Origin: Cenococcum geophilum
Lineage: Eukaryota
Reading direction: 5' to 3'
Length of the DNA stretch: 64,000 bases
NCBI GenBank assembly: GCA_050273025.1
Contig: CP158635.1
Span: 4,960,001-5,024,000 of the forward strand
Shown: in pieces, positions 25,483-37,021 of the stretch
How the letters are laid out: each line of letters opens with the position of its first letter
How positions within the stretch are numbered: position 1 is the stretch's first letter
Notes under the pieces: model-generated
Seen by the model: the letters and a program-made list of their open reading frames with translations, nothing else
The model's database searches: none
What the model was told of the DNA's origin: nothing
Translations under genes and position numbers: made by a program

Positions 25483-26752
25483 ATGCCCACCCAAAAAGCC
25501 CTTGTCCATAAATCGAAGGGAGTTGCAGAAATCATCTCGGATGCTCCTCTTCCTACTCTGAGGGACGACTATATTAATGTCCGGACGAAAGCTGTTGCAC
25601 TGAATCCAACTGATTGGAAAAGTTTGTATGGTCGCACTGTTCCTGGAGCTATTTCGGGCTGCGACTATTCTGGCATCGTTGAAGCAGTTGGCAAAGCAGT
25701 TACCAATGGATTGAAAGTTGGAGATCGAGTTGCAGGGCTTGTGCACGGCGGTAAGCCTCACTGCAAATCGAATTTGGTCGTTAGACTGATAAGTAAATTT
25801 CACATAGCAAACCAGGAGAATCATGAAGACGGCGCATTCGCTGAGCACATCACTTCAAAGGGCGGCCTTCAGCTCAAATTAGCCGACCATGTCACTTTTG
25901 AAGAAGCGGCGACTCTCGGTGTTGGCGTCACCACTGTCGCCCAAGGCCTTTATCAATCACTTGGTTTACCTCTCCCGCCGTCTAAGGTCCAAGAAAGGAT
26001 ATCAATTCTAATTTACGGTGCGAGCACTGCAACCGGTACTCTGGCTGTCCAATTTGCTAAGCTGTAAGTCATTAGTTCACTTTAAATTGTCTTGAGCATG
26101 CTCACTTCATTGCAATGATCATTGGATTACTAATCTTGGTCCTTTTTTGGTATTCTTTTATATTGGACTTGGTTTATTTTAATGGCGTCTAACCTGCAGC
26201 GTAATATCAAATTCAATATGACGGCTTACTCGTTTAAGGTCCGGATGCGAAGTCATAGCAACTGCTTCCCCCCGCAATTTTGACCTTGTTCGCAAACTAG
26301 GAGCCGATCAAGTTTTCGATTACCGAGCCCCAGACGTCGGCTCCAAGATTCGCGAAGCTACAAATGACGGGCTTGCGCTAGTCTTTGATTGTATCTCTGA
26401 AGGATCGTCGCCTTCGATTTGTTGCGATGCGATTGGCTCTGCTGGTGGCAAGTACTCGGCGCTGCTCAAAGTCGCCGAGCTGCCGCGTGATGATGTGAGC
26501 AATACCTTAACCTTGGCATATACTGCTTTTGGTGAGAATTTCGCGGCGCATCAATATAATTTGCCTGCGAACAAAGAGGACTATGAGTTTGCATCAAAAT
26601 TCTGGAAGATCACGGAAGGGTTGCTGAATGAGGGAAAGATTAAGGCGCATCCGGCGAAGGTTATGGACGGGCTGGGTAGTATCCCGGGTGGTTTGCAGGA
26701 TTTGAAAGATGGAAAAGTTAGTGGAGAGAAGTTGGTGTATAGAGTGGAGTAA
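25483..26752 (+). CDS. MDR-family enoyl reductase-like oxidoreductase (ToxD/LovC-like)
   Basis: AVALNPTDWK, GCDYSGIVE, IYGASTATG, LGADQVFDY, GKVSGEKLVY; two introns. Confidence 0.9.
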
Positions 26753-26980
26753 CACTGGGAGAGAGCATAAGGTTAGCCAATCAAAAATTGCAAATGTTCT
26801 GACCTTTCTTCACGAAGTCTGAAAATGCGAAACTTGGGCGAAATAGAAGCGCAGGCTGATGAATGAGGTCAGCATTCATTCATTGATACACCACTAGTAG
26901 AGAAGGTCCTATAACTTCACAATCATGTGTTTTAAGACCACCATACGATATTGCCCAGAGACGAAGTGCCGCAATTTGCG

Positions 26981-27638
26981 CAGGCTTGTTATTCAATCAC
27001 CCAGGTTTCAATATTGAATTGAATTGAATGCCAAGACTCAGTCAATTGAATTAACTGAGAGCTCGCTGGCTTGGCAACTCAATCAATATAGAGGTTCTAG
27101 TTGAATTGAATTAATTGATAAATATTGAATCTTTTAATATTATATAGAAATATGCTGAACATAACATATAATAATGCTTTAAACCTTATTTTTCTTAGAC
27201 CCCCTTACCAAAAAAGGGTTACCCGAGCATTACTCGTTGTTTACACTATCACATTATCGCCAGAATCTTAGCAGGTAAGAAGAGTTTTATAACTAGATTT
27301 GCCCACCAACAATATCAATTCTATTACCGCTATGAACAGAAAATACACAACAGGGTAGTAACTCAAAACTATGCCAAGACTCGCGATAGACCTATGTTAA
27401 CGGCAGGAGCGACAGAAACGACGGTAGAAAGCGATTCGGGCGCCGCCAGGTAGGCCCCCCTGCATCAACACTATGCCAAGACTCGTGATAATTACTAACT
27501 ACTACGTAGTTGCAATTAGTTGCAATCGTTTCAATATTGAATCAATCAATTCAATCAACTGAACCTTCTGCTTACAAAGCTTTCAATTCAATCAATTCAA
27601 GGCCTCAATTGAATTGAATTGATTGAGTAACAAGCCTG
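26981..27638. mobile_element. hAT-type non-autonomous element (about 658 bp)
   Basis: 18-bp TIRs CAGGCTTGTTA(T/C)TCAATC; subterminal ATTGA/TCAAT arrays; GCCGCAAT at 27639-46 and at 26968-75 (left copy offset by 5 bp). Confidence 0.82.
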
Positions 27639-28285
27639 GCCGCAATGTTCTGATATTCTTGCTCTTTTCAGATTCACAGTAATAACAAGGTTCCCCAAGC
27701 AGTGATCTATTTGGAGCGGTTTGACGCGGATCTGAGGTCAAATCCGCTCCACTTGCCAAATATTTGATTTAACGCCAGGCTCGCCGCGGCGCTCCATTGC
27801 AAATATATACTATTTATAGTAAGTCTTAGCATATATTTAGTGGTAATGTAGAGAGGTAGGGGTAATTTAAACTTACTAAAATTATCGTTGAACTAGTTCC
27901 TTATCGTCCTGAGAGCCTTCCTCTATACCCTTATCCTCACAAATAGCTTCTACCTGGGTGTCCATCTACCGCTGCCCATATATGACGAAAATTTGCGATA
28001 GATCTTATTCAGTCGATTTTAAACGAATACATTCTCTTTAGGAGTACCTTTGAGGCATATTTTAGTTGTAGTTATAAAGTATAAATAATAGTATAAGCGT
28101 AATAATAGTTTAGAGTAGCATAAAACGTATCCTAGCATTAAAAAAGGTAAATTGATGGCTATTGCATATTCAACTGACCATATGGAATCGTGTCTCCTCC
28201 ACATTCCGAAAACCAACAATTTACTGAATTGGGAATGTTATTTCAGCTGCAGAAGTGAGTATTAATTTCGGAATCCAGAAACGCT

Positions 28286-28837
28286 CTACACAGGTCCCAA
28301 AGCTTTATGGGGCTCGGCTGGCCGATACACCTGCACGATATCGCCAGCTTTTACAGGTCCACCAACGAGTACAACCCCCATAACGCCAGCCTTCCTTAGC
28401 AAACGACCATCATTATCCGTCCTTAATACTTGGCTGAGCAGGCCTTTCTTAAACCTCTCGATCTGAGGGCCGGGATCCCTCAGGCCAGTGATTTCAACCG
28501 TAGCTTGATCTCCAAATCGGAGCTGCGTACCCTTCGGCAGCGCCGTAAGGTCGAGGCCGTAGGTGGTGATGTTCTCGCCGAGCTCGCCGGGTTTAATATC
28601 GAAGCCGCGGCTGCCAAGTTCGTAGAGTAGCTCGTAAGGAATAAGATGTACCTGCCGGAGGTTCGGTCTGGAGGCGTCTTGCATTAGGTGCTGAAGGTGT
28701 TGCACGGTGACTCCAGCATGCGCGTCATGCTCAACGCCGAGTCCGGCTACGAGATTGATGGACTGGGCGACCTCTTTGCTGAAATGATGAGCTGTCGAGC
28801 GGCTTACGGCTGTGACGCTGCCTTGTTGAGTTGCCAT
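28286..28837 (-). CDS. MOSC-domain protein (YiiM-like), intronless
   Basis: GLGVEHDAHAG, PNLRQVHLI, PGELGENITT, RKAGVMGVVLVGG..GD. Confidence 0.88.
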   Translation of the reverse strand: MATQQGSVTAVSRSTAHHFSKEVAQSINLVAGLGVEHDAHAGVTVQHLQHLMQDASRPNLRQVHLIPYELLYELGSRGFDIKPGELGENITTYGLDLTALPKGTQLRFGDQATVEITGLRDPGPQIERFKKGLLSQVLRTDNDGRLLRKAGVMGVVLVGGPVKAGDIVQVYRPAEPHKALGPV

Positions 28838-29149
28838 GGTAGACTTAGCTGCTGCGAGCAGGCGGGATAACGGTACTTGGTGATGGTGAGTTGGCTTTTT
28901 GACCCTATTATTTGGATTCTTTTCCATTCTTTGTAGCGGAGCGGGGTTCAGCCGTCAGTCACGAGAGGTGCAGATGATCAACTCAACTAAGAATGGAGGT
29001 ACTTGCGAGTATCATCTCCCCATCTCTAGCCTAGACTGTGGACCTAGGCGAGCAAGATACTGATGGAGGGCAATGCTAGCTCGGGGAAGCCAGAACGGGG
29101 TTCTATCGCATTGTGACGAATGGACCTGTCGGGTGGCTTAATGAACGTT

Positions 29150-30560
29150 TTACGGCAGATAGTACAACGCTTATAACATGATAAAACTTTACAGTAGAAA
29201 TAAAACAAGGAAAATTTAAAGACAAGAAAAGGTAGTGAAAAGTGTAGTATAAGTAAGATATTCAAAATTGGTAGGTTAGTTAAGTAAGCACTGAGTGCAT
29301 GGACGTACCTTGTGCACGCTTTTCTACCCTACTGAAAATTAAATAATTCTTTAATACTTTTATAAAATATAACTATATAATATAATAAGGGCCATCGAAA
29401 TCGGACTCTACACCTGCACAAGGTAAGGCCTACGAACCTGCTAGTCTTCGGATTTAGCAGAGCCAACGCAGCGACGTCGCACATAGTACGCGGGTAGGAC
29501 CTAGTGGTTATTATGACGTTATAGGATAGTAAGATCTCGAAAACTACCACTAACGGTAACCCCTTATAGTAGATAGCTACTACATACCCCCATTCCAAGC
29601 CCATATAATCCTTAAGGATATAAAACGGATTCTAAACGTCCCCTAAGCCCTAATTAAAATATTAACGACCTTATATTAATAAACGAGCAAACGAACGAAC
29701 GAATAAATATATCCCCTCTCTTAAACCTCAAGGGTAATCACCCGCGGAGTATATAGTTACTCGCCGTTAATTACCAAATACTGCCTAGTAGCCTAGATTA
29801 CCCCCTACGGTCAGCCTTATCTTCTCTACGACTAGTTACCCTAGAGAGGGCCTAGTAACTAGGGCCTAGGCATAAAAGATACCTAGAGTATATAAGCTCG
29901 GACCCCTAGAACTCGGCAAGGATATAATATAGCTACGACGTCGTTATTCGATGTAATAGATAGAGAAGCTAAAGAGCTCCCACCTTATAGTATTTTCTAA
30001 ATGTTATAAAAGGGTCGAGATGCGGTAGTGAAAAAGGTGATTTTTGGTGTGTTTTAAGGCTCCGTTACCACCAAAACGACGCCCATAAGGCTCTCAGACC
30101 CTCGGTGGAGAATTCGCTGGATAAGGAGTAGTATGCCCGTACGTGCGCGCAGTGCGCGTACCAACGGTCCACTGAGGGTCTGATTTATGAGATAAGAAGG
30201 AATTAAACTTAATCAGGAGGGGGTGTCTCTCTACGGCTTCTTCCACCTCCCATATTTTAATATCCGGGGCCCACAGGGGGTTCGGATGCTGGTAGTCGTG
30301 TAGGTCTTTTAGATCTCCAGGCGGGGGCGTTGGGAAGAGGGAACCCTTCAGGGCTGCTGTCTTTCCTTCCACTGTACGTTGTAGATTGCCTGCTACGCCT
30401 ATTAAAGGTCACTTATAATTTTGTAATATTCCTTTAAGTATAAATCTTTAAGCGGATTAATATCTTTATCGCCATCCTTTATTATAGTAATATTTAGTAA
30501 GTCTCTTATATATTTAAGTTATCTATCTATAAAGTTCTCATTCGGACTATAAAAGCAGAG
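29150..30560. repeat. AT-rich RIP-degraded repeat patchwork
   Basis: Strong TpA excess; (AACG)n tract near 29680-29703; 55-bp segment 29922-29976 shared with 415-469. Confidence 0.6.
30229..30372 (-). mobile_element. Fragment of Tad1-like LINE ORF2 (pre-RT region)
   Basis: EGKTAALKGSLFPTPPPGDLKDLHDYQHPNPL..DIKIWEVEEAV resembles the K..L...FP.PP.ADL.D pattern preceding fungal LINE RT. Confidence 0.6.
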
Positions 30561-32391
30561 AAGATATGTCTGTTGTTCAAAGGCTGACAATGAGGGACGG
30601 AATTGGGCGGCCCTCAATGGTGATGGAGAGGGCGCTCTTTCGACATCAGGCTCTAACACTGCCTATGCCAGCTTGCTCCAAGCTTGCAAACTCCACGATG
30701 ATGACTCTCTCTTCTGATTCTTTGCCTAAGCATCCCATAGTTTCTACGTAGCATCAGTAGCAAGCAGATCCTGTTTCTGCCCAAGGTGAGCAATGAGTTG
30801 GCACCCGCGAAATCGGACCACATAGCTCGACTGTGATAAGTGAATGTTCGTTGCAGGCATATTAGAATCCTGCTGCTCCATGCCGCTCTGCACCCCTCTC
30901 CGTTTTCGGAATGACCCCCACCTCACTTGCAGCTGCACTTCTCTTAATAATTACTTGCTCTTTGTCTTCAGGCCCCCAGTACCATTCTCCGTGCTCCTCG
31001 TACTCTTTCGATGATAGAGGGAAGTTTGGATGAATTACTTACAGATTCAATCGACTGTATTGACTGATTTATTACTCGACTTGCAGAATGCCTCTCAGCA
31101 ACCTCATCCGCAGAGCCTTAGAGCGGGGTAGGCACGTTACCATGAAAGGATTGAAGGAAACAGGTGGGCCGTGGGGAAAGGGTTCAGGTTTCGTCACAGT
31201 CTCCAGCCCAGCGTCCTACAACAGCTAGCCAGCTAACAATGGGCAATACCTCTCCGAGCCCTTTCGAATCAGACAACGACTATAGCACGAAACCGTCTAT
31301 AGACCTGGTTGCTACGAAATATCTGGCTATTGCAACGACGGTTGCTACAGCAATGAAAGGTATGGCTACGGTCGCCATGGTGCCTCCGCGGAACGTGGCC
31401 CTGAGGTATTCGAGTCCTATGAACGCGTCTTCAATGCGGACCAGGAGGACGGACACCTACCGGGCGTAGAAAACGGCTTCGGATTTGGCCAGCGTGACGG
31501 TTCTGAAGCTGCACGGCAAGATTGGGATTGGCCATTGTTCCGATTGGGACCACGGTGACCAAGTCGAATATAGGGTATGGACGCCGTTGCTATTAACAGC
31601 GTTCTGATGCGTTTGTTGTAGAGGGTCGCAGACGCTGTATGGTGTTTAACAGCTCTCGACACACTGGAGATGGACTACGATACCCGAGACGATAGATTTG
31701 GTGCTGGAGGTTGTCTTTTGCCGCTCGTTCTTGCTTTTTGCTTCTGATCCTTGTCGTCTCATGTGAACCCTGGCCAATTAGAGAAAGCGGTCTGATAGTC
31801 GTCTCGACGACAACTTTGTAGAACCTCCAGCACTAAATCCACGGCTGTTGTGTGACATACAAGGATGATGTTGTTGAAAACACTTCAATGCTCCTTCCCT
31901 GAGATGTATGTGGTGTCCTACGGGCCTGGGCTTGGTGTGGAAAGCGAACTCTTTTGATGCTCGCCGCTGAATGGACCCTCAACCAACCTTCACGATTGTC
32001 CCTTCTCGTGGCACCAACACCAGATGCTTCTCCAAAGGTGCTCCCCAATAATGCCTATGTATGAAATCACTTGCATGAACTTATTGAGCTTCCAAATCCT
32101 TATCGTGTAATACGATCAAGTCCTGTTGTTGCCGCACTCGTGGCCAATAAACGTCCTAGTTCTGCAGCCGACTGAGAATTTGTGCCAAAACTATATAGCG
32201 AATGAACCATCGCCAGCTCACTATCTCCCCCTCCTTCTTATACAGCGCGTCTACTTCCCCTCAACGCAACCACCGCTCTTCTGACCTCCGCAACCTCCTC
32301 TTCTTGGTGTTACCAAATCTTTTACAGCATCAATTCGGGGCAACCCTGTCAATCATTTACCTTTTTCACATTAATTTATCTTGCAAAAAAT

Positions 32392-33063
32392 ATGTCTACT
32401 ATGTCATCTTGGGATTTACAGCTGTGGAACGGGCAGCAAAATTTCGACTATGGCCCAATGTGCATGGCACGCCAAGAAGACCCTGACGATGTCTTCTGGG
32501 AACATCTACGAGAGCTCAATCGACATCGATATGGCTACTTCGGCGACAGCCCTCCCCTCCATGAACTCGCTGCCGCCTATGGCTGGCAGATCGGCTCTGA
32601 AGAAGGAGCCCTCGTTGTTGGACGTCGATACGGACGTCATGAAGTCGAAGAGCGCGTTCGCCGCGAACGTCATGCCCTTGAAGATGGTCGGTTACTCGAA
32701 CAGATGAGAGAACGGGAACGAGAGGCTGTACGATATATCACTGGTGGCCGGCCGATGCGACCAATGATCGAGGGCCCCGAGTCTCGACCCTCGACACCAG
32801 GGAGGAATTCACGACGGGAACGGTCTCGTCTGCAAATCACGGCAGGCCCTAGCCGGCCCGACTCTCCTTCCCCAAATGCATTGTCCCCTCGAACTCGACA
32901 CAGCCGCCGAGCGTCACAGATCCAGAGGCCCTACGAATACGAAGAACCTTGTGAACCGTCAATCGCCAATGCTGGACAAAGACCTTTGATGTTGACGTGG
33001 TCGGATGATGGCTCACAATCAGGCAGCGAGGGGTCCGAAGCACGGATGTGGTCTATGGAGTAG
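32392..33063 (+). CDS. Hypothetical protein, 223 aa
   Basis: Uninterrupted ORF with R/E-rich helical segment and S/P/R-rich tail; no recognised domain. Confidence 0.55.
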   Translation: MSTMSSWDLQLWNGQQNFDYGPMCMARQEDPDDVFWEHLRELNRHRYGYFGDSPPLHELAAAYGWQIGSEEGALVVGRRYGRHEVEERVRRERHALEDGRLLEQMREREREAVRYITGGRPMRPMIEGPESRPSTPGRNSRRERSRLQITAGPSRPDSPSPNALSPRTRHSRRASQIQRPYEYEEPCEPSIANAGQRPLMLTWSDDGSQSGSEGSEARMWSME

Positions 33064-33429
33064 ACAGTGTTGTGTTGCAATATTAACGACGAAATGACTA
33101 GCATATTGGGAGGCAAATTGAGTAAATATTTCCTGCGTGATATTCTATTGTTTATGGTTGTATCATGAGGAGGAGGTACTGCTCCGCTACGGGCGTTGAG
33201 TTCGGGATAGGCAGCATGCGGAGGGCAAATTGAGCGAATGATTTCTTTCTCTCTGATGTTGAATCATATCACGACATAGCTCTAATCTATACCCTTTAAG
33301 TACTGGCGCCGTTAGCGATGTTTATTCTAGCATCGAAAAATGCATCATAGAACCTTTCGATAGGGATTAGGCAACTTACAGGGAATACAAGAGTCTATTT
33401 GCAAATTGTTGCATTCGCTGTGCACTTGA

Positions 33430-34613
33430 TTAATCAAAATAACCCGGGAAAAGCCAACTCATCTTCTTCAAAGCTCCTTCGCTTCGTCCCTCCTTGGCCG
33501 TGATGGACCCAGCAAATTTTGCTTGACCATTAAGGTGTTTCGCTAACACCTGTTCACCATGTTCTTCTTTACTCAGTTCATCCAACACGGCGCCAACGAA
33601 ACGTCTAGCATTCTCCGCGTTTGCCTTCATGTGACCCATCACCATTTCGACGTTAACGTCTTCTGAATCATGCCAGCAGTCGTAGTCTGTTGCCATGCAG
33701 ATCATCTGGTATGAGATCTCGGCTTCCCGAGCAAGCTTTGCCTCGGGCAGGGCAGACATGTTGATGACGCTGCCACCCCAGCTACGGTAGAGGTTGCTCT
33801 CAGCGCGGGTAGAGAATTGGGGACCCTCTGAAGCGAAGACGTATCAGTATCCTGTCAAAGAGTCTTGTTTACCAAGAATATGATTGACGCTGAGGTTTGC
33901 ACAGCCTGAACGACCTGCCACGGACGGCTGCATTTTGGGAACTCACCCATGCAAATGACTACACCTCGATCATGTAATGTAACGCCGTCTCCCTCTAAGC
34001 TGTGCCCGCACTTTCGTACTATCTTTGCCAACCCTTCATCGAATGGATCTCCAAAGCCTACATGTCCCACCATACCACCTTCAAAGAAGGTAAAAGGCCT
34101 AATTCCCTTTGTTCGGTCAATGATTTGGTCTGGCACCACAAAGTCCCTCGGTCGAATCTCTTCTTGCAGACTTCCGACCGCGCTGAACGCAATGATTGTT
34201 CTTACACCAATGGACCGCAGAGCGGCGATATTGGCGCGGACGGGAACCTCGTGTGGTGCGAGCTCATGATGGAGGCCGTGACGCGAGAGGAAAGCAATGG
34301 GTATGGGCTTGCCGGTGGTGGGAGAAGGGTGGTGTAGGATGGAGATTGGAGAGGAGGGAGTGCCCCAAGGCGTGCTGGGCGTGAGTGTCGCAGCAAGGGT
34401 AAAGTTAGGGAGCGTTTGCAGACCCGTGCCACCAATTACGGCAATATGGACCGGGTCTAAAGGTACATATAGTTAGTATTTTGTTTTTGTTGCACTGTAA
34501 ATTTAGAACAGAACTAGCTAGACGAGGTTATGTGAAAACTTGGCGGGTCCCAATGAGAATGTGAGCGGAGATGGAATCCACAAACCGGCATACGTATTGG
34601 GAACGCCAGCCAT
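33430..34613 (-). CDS. MEU1: S-methyl-5'-thioadenosine phosphorylase
   Basis: [60 protein letters not shown]; two introns. Confidence 0.95.
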
Positions 34614-35074
34614 TCTCTTATAGGGGATCACAACTGAGCAGAATGTGCGAGTAAGAGGAGGGAATGGTGGGATGGTGAGTATAGAGAAGTCTTTATGACG
34701 AACGAGGGGCTTCAACTAAGGTTTAAGCTTTAGAGTTTAGCCTCCTCCCGCTATCAGCCACGGGGTCCAACCACAAGCGCCCCACGTGGGATGCATCTAC
34801 TCAAATCATGCCCAAAAGGGACCATGTGGATTTCGAAAGGGATACTCAGATAAAAGCTGCATTTTGGGTATAACATGCGGCGTAGTAACTCCAGAACGCC
34901 TCAGGATACAAATTGAACAAAATTGGGAGCGGCCTGGAGCATCTTTTGGTGCTTAGCCCATAAGTTCATAGGATGCGCCTGTCCTGCCCACAATCCAAAG
35001 AACGCCAAATCGCTAATTCTAGGTCGTAATATACGAAAATTTCTTTCGTGGAAATGCTGGTCTATCTCAATCCT

Positions 35075-36088
35075 TCATCTCCTCCAAGCCCTTACTGTCG
35101 GAGACTCACCTGAAAAATCTCTTTTCCAAACCTGCTTAACCTTCTTTCCCATCCACATAGGAACGACCACAGGACTAAACAGAATGAGATATCCAATTCT
35201 CTTCCTCTCCCACCTCCTTCTACTCCTCTTAACTTTCTGCGCCAATGTCGTATCGCCATCAACCGGGAATCCCAAGCCTGCCCCGATTTCCCTTACCGGT
35301 AACCGCCACCAAGCCTCGACAACGCCTTCGTCCATCTTCTCTCCATCTTCGTAGAGCACCTTCACATCACAAGCGCCTGGACTCTGCCCTCGCGCTCTCT
35401 TCAAAACACATCGTGTATGTGGCCCATCTTCATCCTCGGGCCAGATAACCGTCCACGGCTCCACCTTTGCCCACGCCATGACCTGCCCCGAGACGAACGC
35501 CCATATCACCGCGCTCAGGTTTGTCCTGCTGGCCTCTGCGTACCATTCCGGCCCGGGCCGAGCCTGGTCGGAGTAGAACAGCGTCACTCGCTTCAGGGCT
35601 GGGAAGAGCGTGATGGAGTTTGCCATGAAATTCGCCAGCAGGTACTGGTTGTCCCTGCAAAACCCACGCGACTCAAGCAGGTGTGAGGCGAATGCTATCG
35701 AGCTTATTGCGAAGGAGGAGGTAGGTTTCAGTGCTGCAACTTGCGCGGCGAGCTTGTAGCGAACCCATGTCGTTGTTACGAAGGTTGCGGTTGCAAAGGC
35801 AAGGGTATGTGCTTCGTTGTAGATGCGACGGCAGGAGAGAAGGAGGGCGAGACTATGGGCTGAGGATGTGAGGTTATCGAAGTAGTATTCGTATATCTGG
35901 TTGCGCAGCTCGGCGGGCAGGCTAAGGAAAGGGGACGAGACTTGCGAATTAATGATCCTATCGCGCTTGATAGGGTTAAGGCAGGAGAGGGTTTTGGACA
36001 TGGATGCCCTCTGCGAACTGCGAGGGGAGCTCTGTTTAGAATAATGGGCTGCAGCAGGCACGCTTGAGTATGAGATATGGATATGCAT
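35075..36088 (-). CDS. Hypothetical protein with F-box-like LPxELR motif
   Basis: SPFLSLPAELRNQIYEY and LLLSCRRIYNEA; start uncertain (36088 or about 36001). Confidence 0.7.
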   Translation of the reverse strand: MHIHISYSSVPAAAHYSKQSSPRSSQRASMSKTLSCLNPIKRDRIINSQVSSPFLSLPAELRNQIYEYYFDNLTSSAHSLALLLSCRRIYNEAHTLAFATATFVTTTWVRYKLAAQVAALKPTSSFAISSIAFASHLLESRGFCRDNQYLLANFMANSITLFPALKRVTLFYSDQARPGPEWYAEASRTNLSAVIWAFVSGQVMAWAKVEPWTVIWPEDEDGPHTRCVLKRARGQSPGACDVKVLYEDGEKMDEGVVEAWWRLPVREIGAGLGFPVDGDTTLAQKVKRSRRRWERKRIGYLILFSPVVVPMWMGKKVKQVWKRDFSGESPTVRAWRR

Positions 36089-37021
36089 CGTGAAGCTGGG
36101 CGCCCTCGAGGAAAGCAGAGTGAGCGGCGGGGTCGCAATATCGAAGTTCGCTGCAGATGCCACTCTGCAGATGCCACTAAGTCTCACGTTTCTCTCAGGG
36201 CCGCGTTCAAAGCACTGGCAATTCAATTGCAAGGAGTCGACAAGCCAATTTTCTTAGTTGGCTTTGCTAAAGGGTAGCCATCTTGGGTGCCTGGCAATTA
36301 TGGCGGACAAGGTAAATGTAACGTGGTATTCGAGGTCCGGCTGATCGTCGGTCAGCCGAAAAATCACGTGTTTAGCCAGCCACCTGGCACATATTTGAGT
36401 ATCCTTGACACGGTAGGGTCCTTTGCCAAGGTCGCTTATGTTCGCGACTGGATTCAGCTAGATATTTATATTAACCCAGTTTTTCCTATTGGTTGATTCT
36501 TATCGATAACCCAAGGACCAAAATTGCCGTGTCAAGGGATATAAGCGAGGTGACTTCGTCACCTGACAGTATAAGCTTAGTGGGGTACTTATATAATAAA
36601 ACTATTAACCCGCGGCCAATTCTTACCATCCTGTGCGAGCAGAGCTCCCAGCTCGACGGGTGTTGAGAGCGCGGCGTTGCTAGCGATCGAAGATCGGACG
36701 TGGATATACTATTAATATCATAACGAGCCTAACCTTAAGCTGGATGGGGGAGTTGCGCTAGCTCTGGCGCAGCGCCACAATATTAAAAGGCTAGGCAACC
36801 AGACGGCTATCTTAAGCTGTGCCACACTCTTTCCATGCTATAGAGCGGAAGAAAATCGGAAAAGCTTTAGGAAACAAATTTGAATATTCCTACCAAATGA
36901 CGCTGGCCACGGTCATATGCATACAGCAAGAAGCCTTAACGCGGCACGGTATCGTCCAACATATCAATTTGTCGCCCTCCCAAATTCTCCTCCGGCTGAC
37001 CTCAATCTCAACAGCTTTTGT

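Noticed and set aside
26064..26239. Enoyl reductase intron with internal CTAAC..CAG followed by GTAAT (possible stwintron or microexon)
   Set aside because: A 1-nt exon would break the frame, the second intron would be only about 39 nt, and simple splicing gives the correct LSGCEVIAT
27713..27750. Short GC-rich inverted repeat GGAGCGG-TTTGAC...GTCAAA-T-CCGCTCC
   Set aside because: Single small hairpin with no second copy or Helitron/TIR context that I could confirm
25483..28837. Possible secondary-metabolite cluster around the enoyl reductase and MOSC genes
   Set aside because: No PKS/NRPS, transporter or regulator nearby; stand-alone enoyl reductases are common
30566..31640. Coding-like fragments with a possible intron and frameshift
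   Set aside because: Could not assemble a consistent gene or recognise a family
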